From IMG/VR virus record IMGVR_UViG_3300042975_000097: DNA of 64,000 bases; one strand, 5' to 3'. Both the position numbers and the translations under genes were made by a program. Below, in pieces: positions 29,442 through 39,250 of this stretch. Within the stretch, counting starts at the first letter, position 1. Each line of letters starts with the position of its first letter. This stretch comes from a virus (taxonomy: Duplodnaviria; Heunggongvirae; Uroviricota; Caudoviricetes). The notes beneath the pieces are model-generated. The model did no database searches and was not told the origin of the DNA. It saw nothing but the letters and a program-made list of their open reading frames with translations.

Positions 29442-30465
29442 GAAGAAGAAAGCCGCGAAGAGCGAGTCGGACGTCGTGCGTCACGATACCGATTACCCGG
29501 TGATGGCAGTGACATCGATGAGATGAATGCCGATGACGAGTTGTTCCGCAACTGGATTCGCTCGGCGGGGATCACGAGCATCACCGTTCGCAGCCCGTTC
29601 GACCCGTATGAGCGCAGGGGACATGGGGCTGCTGGCGCGGACAGAGCGATAGACATCAGCCATGAAAGTTACAACATGATGTCGGCTAAGATTAACACGG
29701 AGTTGTCGAACATCATGTTCCGGATCATCGGCTCCCGGTACCGCACCTCGATACTGATCGATAACGGCTACTGGGGCAGCAGTATCTCCCGACCCCAGCT
29801 TTCGCATCAATCATGACGAATACGTATACCATAGCATGGCAAAAGTACGCCATGGTGACGGCGATTACCTGTACTGGCTATGCCAGTGCGATGACGCGCC
29901 CGGCAATGATGCGCTCGACGTATTCGAGAGAACGGAACTCGGCAAGGCGATAACCTGGTTCATGGAGGCCAGCCCGGAGAAGCGGAAGACATACGCGGAC
30001 ATCATCACATGGGTGGGCCCGGACGTCGACCCGGTGGCGTTCCTCACCGGTGATGGTATGAACGCCGCGCCGGCAAGGCTGATCAACCGGGCGGACGTGC
30101 TTATCGAGCACATGGAGCACGCACGCGATTCGATGTCATCGACCATGCCCGATGACATCATGGGCATGGTCGATGCGTGTATGAACACGGCGCATACGGC
30201 GGCGTCAGCGCTTCGTACGCGATCATTGGCGGACGTCGACTGGAACGATCAGATGGACATCATCGACACGTCCGCGACCAACCTTGATGCGCTCGTGTTC
30301 GCCGCAAGCACCATGACAATGGCAAATGAGAGCAGACATCTTAGGATGGCGCTTGTCGACACGATCCGCGACATAGAACTCATGAACAGCGAGCATGAGC
30401 AGCGTGGCCGCGCGGTCATCGACTCGGCGCTGACGACAGGAAGGGAACGTGAGCATGTTCGGTAG
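29431..30465 (+). pseudogene. tandem paralog family, copy 3, inactivated by a -1 and a +1 indel
   Basis: N-terminus in frame 1 stops after ...VMAVTSMR*. Conserved middle (ORF 29523-29816) is in frame 0. C-terminus (29836-30465) is back in frame 1. Indels are at GTGAACATC->GTGACATC and TATTCCCG->TATCTCCCG relative to copies 2 and 4. Confidence 0.6.
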
Positions 30466-31456
30466 GAAGAAGAAAGTCGTGAAGAGCGAGCCTGACGTCG
30501 TGCGTCACGGTAAGGCTTACCCAGTGATAACAGTGGACATCGACAATACAGATGCCTACTCCGAGTTGTTCAAGAACTGGATTAACTCGTCGGGGATCAC
30601 GAGCATCACCGTCCGCAGCCCGTTCGACCCGTATGAACGCGGGGATATGGGGCTGCTGGCGCGACAGGGCGATGACATCAGCCATGAAAGTTACAACATG
30701 GCGTCGGCTAAGATTAACACGGAGTTGTCGAACATCATGTTCCGGATCATTGGCGCCCGATACCGCACCTCGATACTGGTCGATAACGGCTACTGGGGCA
30801 ACAGTATTCCCGACCCCAGCTTTCGCATCAATCATGACGAATACGTATACCATAATATGGCAAAAGTATGCCATGGTGACGGCGATTACCTGTACTGGCT
30901 ATGCCAGTGCGATGACGCGCCCGGCAATGATGCGCTCGACGTATTCGAGAGAACGGAACTCGGCAAGGCGATAACCTGGTTCATGGAGGCCAGCCCGGAG
31001 AAGCGGAAGACATACGCGGGCATCATCACATGGGTGGGCCCGGACGTCGACCCGGTGGCGTTCCTCACCGGTGATGGTACGAACGCCGCGCCGGCAAGGC
31101 TGATCGAGCGCGCGGATATACTCGTCGAGCACATGGAGAAAATCCGGGGAACGCTGACGACCGTCCCCGACGACATCATGGCAACGGTTGACAAGTACTT
31201 CGGAACCGCGAGATCGGCCCTGACCATCATCCACTCGCCGGCGACAACACCCTCCGCCAGCCGCTCATGGAACGATCTGCTTGACATCATCGAACATTCG
31301 ATGATGGCCGTCGACGCGCTGGCGATGACCGTGATGACATCGAATCTCGCACAGTCGAACAAGGCAACTGGACATGGCGTTCGCCAGCGCGATTCACGAT
31401 ATCGAACTCATGGACGGCGAGCACGCAGCCAAACCGAACCGCAGGCATGTTCCCTA
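30455..31456 (+). CDS. tandem paralog family, copy 4 (C-terminal frameshift/truncation)
   Basis: Conserved to ...NLAQSNKA. The family C-terminus (LDMAFASAIHDIELMDGEHA...) continues in the +1 frame and ends at TAG 31454-31456. Confidence 0.5.
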
Positions 31457-31831
31457 GAAGACGACCGTCTGAGTTCTCGTTAACGCCTGAGCCGATCACC
31501 CGGTGATCGACGGCGGCGATGTGATGCCGGGCAATGGCGCCGACATGCTATCATCAATCGACAACGCCCGAGTACGAACGCACGAACCGCGAGCACGGCT
31601 CGAAGCCATGACCGGACAGTATGAACCCATCGATGACCTCGCGGAGCTCCGCGCTCGGGTATGTCGAACGTTCACGCGCTTGATTCCATGTCAGCCCGTC
31701 ATCGGCGCAGATGCCAAGCCAATCGCTATCGGCCGTCGTCGTGTAAGCGAACGGCCGACCCTCGTACCCGTTGTCGTTTAAGAGCGGAAGATACCAGCCG
31801 ACCGAAAGCGGCCGACCGGTCGATCCTCGGC

Positions 31832-33244
31832 TCATGATCGGGGCGCTGGCATGAGCGAAGCCGCCATCTCAGCCAACTTCGTCAGCTCGTCGGCGCCCGC
31901 GGCTCCAGTCAGATCGGCGATGCCCACATTCAGCGTGTCGATGGCGTTGATGATCGCAGACGATTGTTCACTGTACTCGATCCCCCGGGAGAGTTCGCGC
32001 ACGGCCTCGATCTCGGCTCGCAGCAGCGCGTCCTCAAGCCCCTCCTCCGTCAACGTCGCCGCATCGGCGTCACGCCAATCCGAATCGATGCCCATGGTGA
32101 ATGAGTACGTGAGCGTACAGCCGCTCCACTCGGCGATACTGCCGCTCAGCATCGCCAGCGTGGGCCAGCGGTCGGGCTCGTCGACGTAACCGAGCCACTC
32201 GCCCTGCGCGGACGCTCCGAGGAACTGTACGAACATGTCATCGTGATACCGGTCGACGATCAGTCGAGCGATATCCACGCCAGCGAACGCGAGCGCGCCC
32301 ATTTCCGGCCGGTGATTATCCATGAACGCGTCGGCCACCGCACGCGCCGTCCGTGACTTGCCCACGAGCAGTTCACGGTCGGACTCGGCGAGTTTCGGCG
32401 GCCGGCGAGCGTGATCGTCACGGATGCCGCGCTCGATGCGATGGCGAAGGGCGGCGAACGCCTCATCCAGCGCGCGGGCGTCACACGCGGCGAAGCACGC
32501 GTTCCCGGACGGGTACGAGGCCACGTTCACCGAGGCGAGCGCCCGGTCGACGTCATACGTCGGCGTTCCCGGAACCGGAACCGGTGCCGATGGTCTCGCG
32601 TCGCGCGGCGTCGGCATGGCCCACGGGTACGGGGCGACGTACCTGGGCTTGACGCCGCCCGTAGCCTTTTCGTGCCGGAGGAACCGTGACAGGTCATCCG
32701 GGTGCCCGTTCGTCACCGCGCCGATGACGGCGACGTCGAACGCGAGCGACATGACTTCGAGTACCCGTTGCCGAATCTCGTCGACATTCATCGTCTCAGC
32801 GAGCGCGAGCGTAACCGCGCCGGCGCGCTCGATGTTCGGCAGGGCGGCGCGGTTATCGAGCTTGAACCCGGTCATCAACGATCCCACGCGTCTGGTTTCC
32901 TTGACCGGCCAAGCGCCATCGTCGCCGATGTCAAGCGGATCGATGCCGGTAAGCGCGTACGCGGCGCGCGAACGATCGTCGATCGATGCCAGTCGGCGGT
33001 CGATGGCGTCGCCGGTGTGGTGTGCCGTCGGCCGATCTGCTCCCCACACCGTGTCCCCGGCGATGGTCTCGATGTCGAAGCCCCTGCGCCAGGCCGCGTC
33101 AACGGCGTCGGCGCGACGGTCGATGTAGTCATGGCGCGCAGTGACGGCGGCGTCGACGAGCGCCCGGCGCATGTCGCGTATGGTCGTGCCGAGCCCACGT
33201 TGGCGTTCCAGCAGTTCCCTGATCCCGTTCCTGTTATCGGTCAT
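31832..33244 (-). CDS. hypothetical protein P2 (paralog of 24650-25897)
   Basis: 470-aa ORF. Shares the DRYHDDMFVQFLG region with P1. Confidence 0.5.
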   Translation of the reverse strand: MTDNRNGIRELLERQRGLGTTIRDMRRALVDAAVTARHDYIDRRADAVDAAWRRGFDIETIAGDTVWGADRPTAHHTGDAIDRRLASIDDRSRAAYALTGIDPLDIGDDGAWPVKETRRVGSLMTGFKLDNRAALPNIERAGAVTLALAETMNVDEIRQRVLEVMSLAFDVAVIGAVTNGHPDDLSRFLRHEKATGGVKPRYVAPYPWAMPTPRDARPSAPVPVPGTPTYDVDRALASVNVASYPSGNACFAACDARALDEAFAALRHRIERGIRDDHARRPPKLAESDRELLVGKSRTARAVADAFMDNHRPEMGALAFAGVDIARLIVDRYHDDMFVQFLGASAQGEWLGYVDEPDRWPTLAMLSGSIAEWSGCTLTYSFTMGIDSDWRDADAATLTEEGLEDALLRAEIEAVRELSRGIEYSEQSSAIINAIDTLNVGIADLTGAAGADELTKLAEMAASLMPAPRS

Positions 33245-33651
33245 GTGATGGCTCCTTGTTCTCTCGATGTATCGGCTCTTACCCGTTCCCCATCATACTA
33301 CCGCCGACATGCCGATGACGCGAAACAGCGGCGATCACGACGATGCCGGCTGGCGTGTGATGCCGAGCGCTGCGGTCAGGTAACCGTTCACTTGTTCGCG
33401 GGCCTCGCTCGCGGCCATGCCGTCCGCGAGCGGCGGCAGCGCCGGGTCGGGCCATGAGCCGTCCTCGGCGAGGTCGCCTAGTTGGATGCCGGCGAGCACG
33501 TAATCGGCTCGGCGCCGAGAATCAGCGGCATTCATGGCCGCGGCGATGGCGTGGGTGAAGCGTCCCGGTGAGACGGATGGCCCGTGTAACGGCGGTCCAG
33601 CGACCGGCTGGTGGCAGGAACGGGCGACGACGCTGGCGACCGATGCCGTGC

Positions 33652-33790
33652 GCTGAGAGCCACGTAGAACCCGGAAACACGGTTTTGTGACCGTGGTATC
33701 GAAAACGCCGTTTTTTCGACGGCGCATGAAAATTACGCTCACACGTCAAGCGTTTGCTTACCGTATGAGCGTAATCGACGTAGAGCGATG
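33652..33790 (+). repeat. copy B of the ~140-bp structured repeat
   Basis: GCTGAGAGCCACGTAGAAC...CACGGTTTTGTGACCGTGG...ATTACGCTCACACG...CGTATGAGCGTAATCGACGTAGAGCG. Confidence 0.7.
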
Positions 33791-33891
33791 TGGTCAACGA
33801 TCGTCGGCGAGGTTTTCACCGGTTCGCACCGTTCAACCGCGCGCAGGCGTCCCGGTCGACCTGATGGCGTTCGCCGGCGAACCGGCGACGG

Positions 33892-34981
33892 TCACCGGAT
33901 TCCCCGTTTCCGTTGTCCGTCGGCGTAGGGTGCGGCGCCGGCTGTCCCGCTGGTCTCACCACCCGTTTGCCCCGGTGCCGTGGCAAGCCGTCTGATCGCG
34001 GCGTACAGCCCGCCGGCATCCGTCGGCGACAACGAGGCGACGGCCTCGCGCATGTTCCCGCCGACGCCGCCCGGAAGCAACGCCGACAACGCGGACTCGA
34101 CATCATGCGCGGACGGTTCATCGACTGCCACCCGGCGTTCGATCGCGCCGCGCTCGGTGCTCACCATATCGACCGGACTGGACCATGACGCCCTCTCATG
34201 GAACGTGGCTTCGAGTTCACGGTTCGTGTACGACGTGGGCGCGAGCCCGATGGCGGTGCGGGCATAGTCGCCATCATCGTCCAGTGTGACCTGTCCGGCC
34301 GGCTTGCTGTACAGGTTGTTTCTCGGCTCGTCGAACATCGGTTTCGGTGAGAGCAGGTCATCGAACGATTCGCCGTGATCGTTCACCACCGATGTGGTCC
34401 TGTGTCGGCGCGCGGTGGAGAGCAAGTCGACAAGACCCCCCGGCGCAGAGCAGCGATGACATGACTGCGAGGAAAGCGAGGAGGGCTGTGGGCGCCGATT
34501 GACTAAGTATTGCGATCGCGACGAACGGACCGGCGGTAACCGCAGCGGCAATCAAGAATGGCAGCGGCAATAGCTTGGATATGTTGCGCCATGGAACGGA
34601 GCGGAGGTGCGTATGATACTCGTAGAACGTTCCATCCGATGCGGCGTCATCAAGATACCGGTCATGGCATCGTCGATCGCGTCCGTTCACGATGTAGCAC
34701 CAGCGGGCGATGCGGTAGGCGTCGTTGTTATAATCGTCCAGCGACACGCGGCGACGCTGGACGGGGATGCCATCATGGCCCAACCGGCCGATCGCGTCGG
34801 GGAACTGATCGCATATGCGGGCGATCACGGCGCCGGGATCGTCCAAATACCCGCCGGTGAGCATATACTCGGCGTCATCTCCCGTGCCGTACCTGCGCGC
34901 GACCCACTTGTTCACGTTCCCCTTGTCCACGGCCGCGAACATGTCATCGGCCCTGGCGTCGTGCCTGTGCCTGAACCACAT
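33892..34981 (-). pseudogene. hypothetical membrane-anchored protein gene split by a C6/G6 homopolymer frameshift (possible phase variation)
   Basis: ORFs 34358-34981 and 33892-34551 fuse into one ~360-aa frame (…LLCAGG|LVDLLSTARRH…) if one nucleotide is removed from the C6 run at 34436-34441. Confidence 0.4.
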
Positions 34982-34985
34982 GATT

Positions 34986-35600
34986 TCACTCCTTATCGAT
35001 GCGCACGCCCACGGTATGCGTGTCGGCGACGGTCGCCGACACTACCTCGATCGAGGCGAGCACGCGACGCGCGATGTCCTCCAACGCCACGCCGGGGCGT
35101 TCCGGGGCGAACGATGAATGGTACATCGGCTGGCGCTGGTCATCGGTGAGGGCGAGCCAGTCGCGCAGCGTCCTCGGCAGGTCGACGAAACCCTCGACGT
35201 ACTTGCGCGCGTCGCAATCCGGGAACGTCCTGACCATCCCGTTCGACATACCGATGTAATCGTCGCCGCCATCCACGTCCACCGCGTGCCGGAGCAGCCA
35301 GTCAGCGGTCATCGAACCGAGGACAAGCCCCGGCTCGTCGATGTCGGCCACCAAGGGGCCGTCGACGCCGGCCGCATGGAGGTCGCCGGCGATGCCGACG
35401 AGGTCGTCGATGGTCAGCGCGTTCGCGTACTCCTCGTCCGGTGCCGACGGGGCCGACGCGATGGCGTCGAACGAATCGGCGACGGCGCCGCCGTTGAAGG
35501 ATTGCTCCGACCAGCGGCCGCCGCTCGCGATCGCGTCCTCCAGCGTGACCGGACGCCGGCGTGGCGGTGTCACCGTGACGTCGCCCGCGGCATCGCTCAC
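34986..35600 (-). CDS. hypothetical protein
   Basis: 204-aa ORF with protein-like composition. Confidence 0.45.
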   Translation of the reverse strand: MSDAAGDVTVTPPRRRPVTLEDAIASGGRWSEQSFNGGAVADSFDAIASAPSAPDEEYANALTIDDLVGIAGDLHAAGVDGPLVADIDEPGLVLGSMTADWLLRHAVDVDGGDDYIGMSNGMVRTFPDCDARKYVEGFVDLPRTLRDWLALTDDQRQPMYHSSFAPERPGVALEDIARRVLASIEVVSATVADTHTVGVRIDKE

Positions 35601-35890
35601 CGGGCCACCTCGGCCATCGCTTCCACGTCATCATGGAACGTGAACCTGCGCGCCGTGGCGTCATAGGGGCCGTACGGCGTGCGCTCGTCGGCCCAATCGC
35701 CGGCGATGCCGTCGAGCAGGTTCTCTACGCCCCCGGGGACGAAAATGGAGTTCCTGCCCGGGTCAAGCCCGTAGGCCGACAGGTTCACGCTGGCGATGTC
35801 ACGCCCATCGTCCCCTTCCGCCAGCACCGCGAGCGTGTCATCCACCTGATACCGGGCGATGACGATTTCATCGCCATGAGCGTTCTTCAT
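35597..35890 (-). CDS. hypothetical protein (MKNAHGDEIVIARYQ...)
   Basis: RBS AGGAGG + AGTCAA + ATG. Overlaps the upstream stop (ATGA). Its first 26 nt are duplicated next to the IS right end. Confidence 0.45.
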   Translation of the reverse strand: MKNAHGDEIVIARYQVDDTLAVLAEGDDGRDIASVNLSAYGLDPGRNSIFVPGGVENLLDGIAGDWADERTPYGPYDATARRFTFHDDVEAMAEVAR

Positions 35891-35959
35891 TTGACTCCTC
35901 CTCAGCCATGTTTCTTTATCTCCTTCGGTTCACATTTCATCGCCATGAGCGTTCTTCAT

Positions 35960-36120
35960 TTGACTTCTCCCCACGGCTAAAACCGGGGGATTCCAAGCCC
36001 TAGTGAGACATGCGCCTCCGGCACAGCGTCCGGGTGGCGTCTTACGGTCTCATGGGATTCAGGGACAAGTCCTGCCCTGGTGAGCATGTTCACAGCCGCG
36101 TTCTTATCACGGTCCTTCAC
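35960..36120 (-). ncRNA. predicted omega RNA of TnpB (scaffold over the tnpB 3' end and right end)
   Basis: Placed by established TnpB biology. The conserved right-end sequence shared with copy 3 supports a structured 3' element. Confidence 0.35.
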
Positions 36121-37245
36121 CATTCCGCAATATCGGCAACGGTACACGCGCTCCTTTAACCCGATTGGGGGATTGGCTATCTCCCCGCATTCGGAGCAGG
36201 TCTGCGTGGTGTACGCCGGGTTGACCGGAATGAATCTACGACCGTTCTTAACGGCTTGCCAATGCAGTATTTGGATGTCCATGGCGATGGCGGCATCTTG
36301 GGCGTTACGCGCCATGGTGGTTTTCGACAGGAACTTCGGTTTGAAGTCCTCACTGGCGATGATGTCGTTGCGTTCGCACACGCGTTTCGCCCATGTGTGG
36401 GCGATGGTGAGGCGTTGCGCCGCTATGCGCTGGCAGAGTTTTCGATATTGTGTTCTCGCTTTCTTGTAGCCTTTCGACTGGTTCGGATACCTAACGCCTT
36501 TCTTATGTCTGCGTGCCATACGTCGTTGCAATCCGGCCATTTGACAGTGGCGTATCCTCTCGAATCCCATATGCGGGAAATCGTCTGGGGAGTTTTCGGA
36601 AATCTCGCCTGTCGAAAGATTCATCCCGACCGTCGAGGCGGTGGTCTCGACGCCCCAGTCAATACCGACCGCGTGTCCCGTTTCCGGGAGTGCTTTCACG
36701 TCCGTTTCGACTACGAACGAGGCGTACCAGTGTCCGTCCGGGGATTTGTATACGCGGACGCTCCTGGGTTGCGAGGGCAGTTTTCGGGACCATACAACGG
36801 GGATGAGCACTTCCTTCGGCAGTTTGAGTCGGGTTTTCCCGTCCTGCTCCACGAGCTTGAATCCGCCGATGCGATAATTGAGGGACGGCAACGTGATCTT
36901 ACGGCTCTTATACCGTGGCATTCCCGATTTGCGTTTCCTTGTGGGCGACTTGCGGTCGGAGACCGCTTTCCCTCTGGCTTGACTATAGTCTCTGACTATC
37001 TGCTGTTGGGGTACGCACGAGTGCCCGGCGAGCCATTTATCGCCGTTTCCGTCCGTTCTGCTTGCCCTGAGAAAGGTGAGGTGCTTCTGCGCCTGTGCTG
37101 CGCCGAACGTCTCGCCCCGTTCGTACCGTGCTTGGGATTCGTCCACCATACGGTTCCATACGTACCTGCATGCATCCCATTCGGCAACCAGGTATTGTTC
37201 CGCCTGCTCGCCGGGGCGCAGCCTGTACTTGTATCGAACCTTCAT
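35977..37245 (-). CDS. tnpB: TnpB RNA-guided endonuclease
   Basis: Start MKVRYKYRL (ATG 37245), preceded by TGGTATAAT. RuvC motifs, zinc finger CSECG...CRYCGMVKDRDKNAAVNM. Confidence 0.85.
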   Translation of the reverse strand: MKVRYKYRLRPGEQAEQYLVAEWDACRYVWNRMVDESQARYERGETFGAAQAQKHLTFLRASRTDGNGDKWLAGHSCVPQQQIVRDYSQARGKAVSDRKSPTRKRKSGMPRYKSRKITLPSLNYRIGGFKLVEQDGKTRLKLPKEVLIPVVWSRKLPSQPRSVRVYKSPDGHWYASFVVETDVKALPETGHAVGIDWGVETTASTVGMNLSTGEISENSPDDFPHMGFERIRHCQMAGLQRRMARRHKKGVRYPNQSKGYKKARTQYRKLCQRIAAQRLTIAHTWAKRVCERNDIIASEDFKPKFLSKTTMARNAQDAAIAMDIQILHWQAVKNGRRFIPVNPAYTTQTCSECGEIANPPIGLKERVYRCRYCGMVKDRDKNAAVNMLTRAGLVPESHETVRRHPDAVPEAHVSLGLGIPRF

Positions 37246-37477
37246 GCAAATCATTATACCACAGTACGCGCAGAACCAACACAACGCATAAGAAAGGGGC
37301 GGCTTACCCCAGTCTTAAAAGGCGGGGCTTGCGCCGCCATTGCCGGTCATATCCTCCTGATAGGTGTTATCAACAGCCGACCGGCGGCCGCCATGTACGA
37401 TGGCGATCGCCGACCGGCATGACACCAATGATAGCACGAACCGCCGACCAGTACCGCGGCGCGCCGGCGACGGGCGT

Positions 37478-38588
37478 TCACGACTTGGTTTTCAATAGGT
37501 ACTTGTTGCTTATCGACTTGAAGTGGCGCCAATCGTCGGCCATCCTGTTCACGGTCGGCCCATCGTAACGCCACACGATGCCCTCGGCGAGTCTTGCCGG
37601 GTTCAGCGCCGACCTGACGCCATCGGAGGCGGCGATGATCGCGTCCACGCCATCGTCAGCGGTCATGTTCTCGCTCAACGGCAGTCCGACCGCGCGCTGC
37701 GGCACCGTGATGTCGGCGAGACCGTACCCGTCGGCGTAGGGGTCGATTCGGCACCCGTCGATGACGAGGTTGAACGCGTGGAACTCGAGGGATCGCGCGT
37801 CGAGCCTGTTGCCGAGGATGCCCGGTCCCGTGGACTCGCCCTGTATGACCACGGAGGAGGCCCCCGTGTCGGCTGCGATGGCGTCCAGCCGGTCACGAAT
37901 GGAGTACGCTTCATAATTGTCCCAGTACGGGTTGTGGACGCTCACGTCGACGCGCTCCACGCTCGCATCATGCGAGCACACGCCGTACTCGGTCTCGTCA
38001 TCGCGCTCCACGCGGTAGTACGTCGTGCTCATGCCGTCCAGCTTCTCGCTGCCGTGGTAGGCGGCGGCGACGTCGAGGTGGCCATCGAGCATCCATGCCA
38101 CCATGTCGGTGAGGTCCTGTATGCGCTGCTCGTCGGTCCTCGTGATGAACCCGGGGAATCCGCCCAGACGGGCGCCGGGGATCTCGATGAGCGGCTGCTC
38201 GTACTTGTGGACGTGTAGCGCGGCGCTCACGTCGGCGCCCTCGGGGGTTCCCGGATCGATGCCGAGCTCCGCCGGCGACATGACGAGTCCCTGCGACAAC
38301 TGGCCGCGAAGCTTCACGCTCCGCAGGATGACGCAATCGACGCCATCCGGATTCACGCCGTGCGCGCCACGGCCAGCGAGCGCGGCGAAATCGGGACGGT
38401 CCAGCGGCAGCATGGAGTCCGGCTCGAAGTACACCACCTTGTCGCCGGCCTTGAACTCGTCGCGCCCGATGACGACGGGCCAGCCGCCGACGCGGGCGAC
38501 CGCTATCCTGTCCGCGTTCGGTATCCGATCGACCCTGCTGATGATCCTGACCGTGGCCAGTTTGCGTGCGCTTGTCGTTCCCGTCATG
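37478..38588 (-). CDS. ATP-dependent RNA ligase family protein (Rnl, DRB0094/NgrRnl-like)
   Basis: RBS GGGAGA before ATG (MTGTTSARKLATVRII...). N-terminal OB-like region ...IPNADRIAVARVGGWPVVIG..FKAGDKVVYFEPDSMLP. Nucleotidyltransferase motif I SEKLDGMS. Confidence 0.55.
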
Positions 38589-38601
38589 ATTGATCTCCCT
38601 A

Positions 38602-39250
38602 TCATTCGATGATTCCCTCTCGATGATAGCACCCGCCGGCGATCGGCGACGGGACCACGGAGCGGGCGCGGAGCCAACGCCCGATGGCATCGCCGTCACC
38701 GCTCTCGTAATAGCGCACGAGCGACGCGCGGAACGCCGGGTCGGCGCCGTCCGGGATCATGAACAGGCCCGCGCCCGATCGGACCATGACGTGGTTGGCG
38801 GCCATGATCGCCGTGCGCTTGTTCCCGTCCTCGAACCACTGGCCCCCGACATACGGTCAGGAACAGCCTGATGGCGCGCTCGCGAGCGTCACCGGGAGCG
38901 GTCGCCGACGCGATGGCGGCGCGGGCATCGTCGAGCGTTGGCATCGCCGGCGTCCATCCCGTGCCGGTCATGCCAACGGGGAAGCGTCTCATGGCGCCGG
39001 GCTCACGGGTGAGACCGGCCGTGAGAAGACGGTTGTACTCGGATATGTGCGCCCAATCGACGGCGGGGTCGGCGTCGTCGGCGAGCAGGAACGTCCACGC
39101 TGCGGCGACGTTCCGGATGATCAGGATGTCATGGCCGCCGGCGGCGTCGGCGCGGAGCGCGCGGTTCACGTCATCGAGGGTAACCGTCGGCATTTCGATG
39201 CGCGCGCATGACCATATGAGCGCGGCGAGGTCACACGCCGTCATCATCAT
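38602..39250 (-). pseudogene. Fic/Doc-family gene interrupted by a frameshift in a G5 run
   Basis: Removing one G (plus C5 at 38843-38847) joins ...AIRLFLTVCRG to QWFEDGNKRTAIMAANHV... (Doc-type FxDGNKRTA motif, with Q in place of H). Confidence 0.5.

Larger units (their letters stand above)
35960..37350 (-). mobile_element. IS605-family tnpB-only element (IS1341-like)
   Basis: Left end (rc 37300-37350): ATGACCGG..GGCGGCGCAAGCCCCGCCTTTTAAGACTGGGGTAAGCCGCC, shared with the element at 58230. Right end ...GGAATCCCCCGGTTTTAGCCGTGGGGAGAAGTCAA ends at plus 35960 and matches the right end at 59800-59840. Confidence 0.7.

Noticed and set aside
37998-38699. 233-aa minus-strand ORF rich in R/P/G
   Set aside because: Alternative frame of the RNA-ligase gene. 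Composition typical of out-of-frame GC-rich translation.
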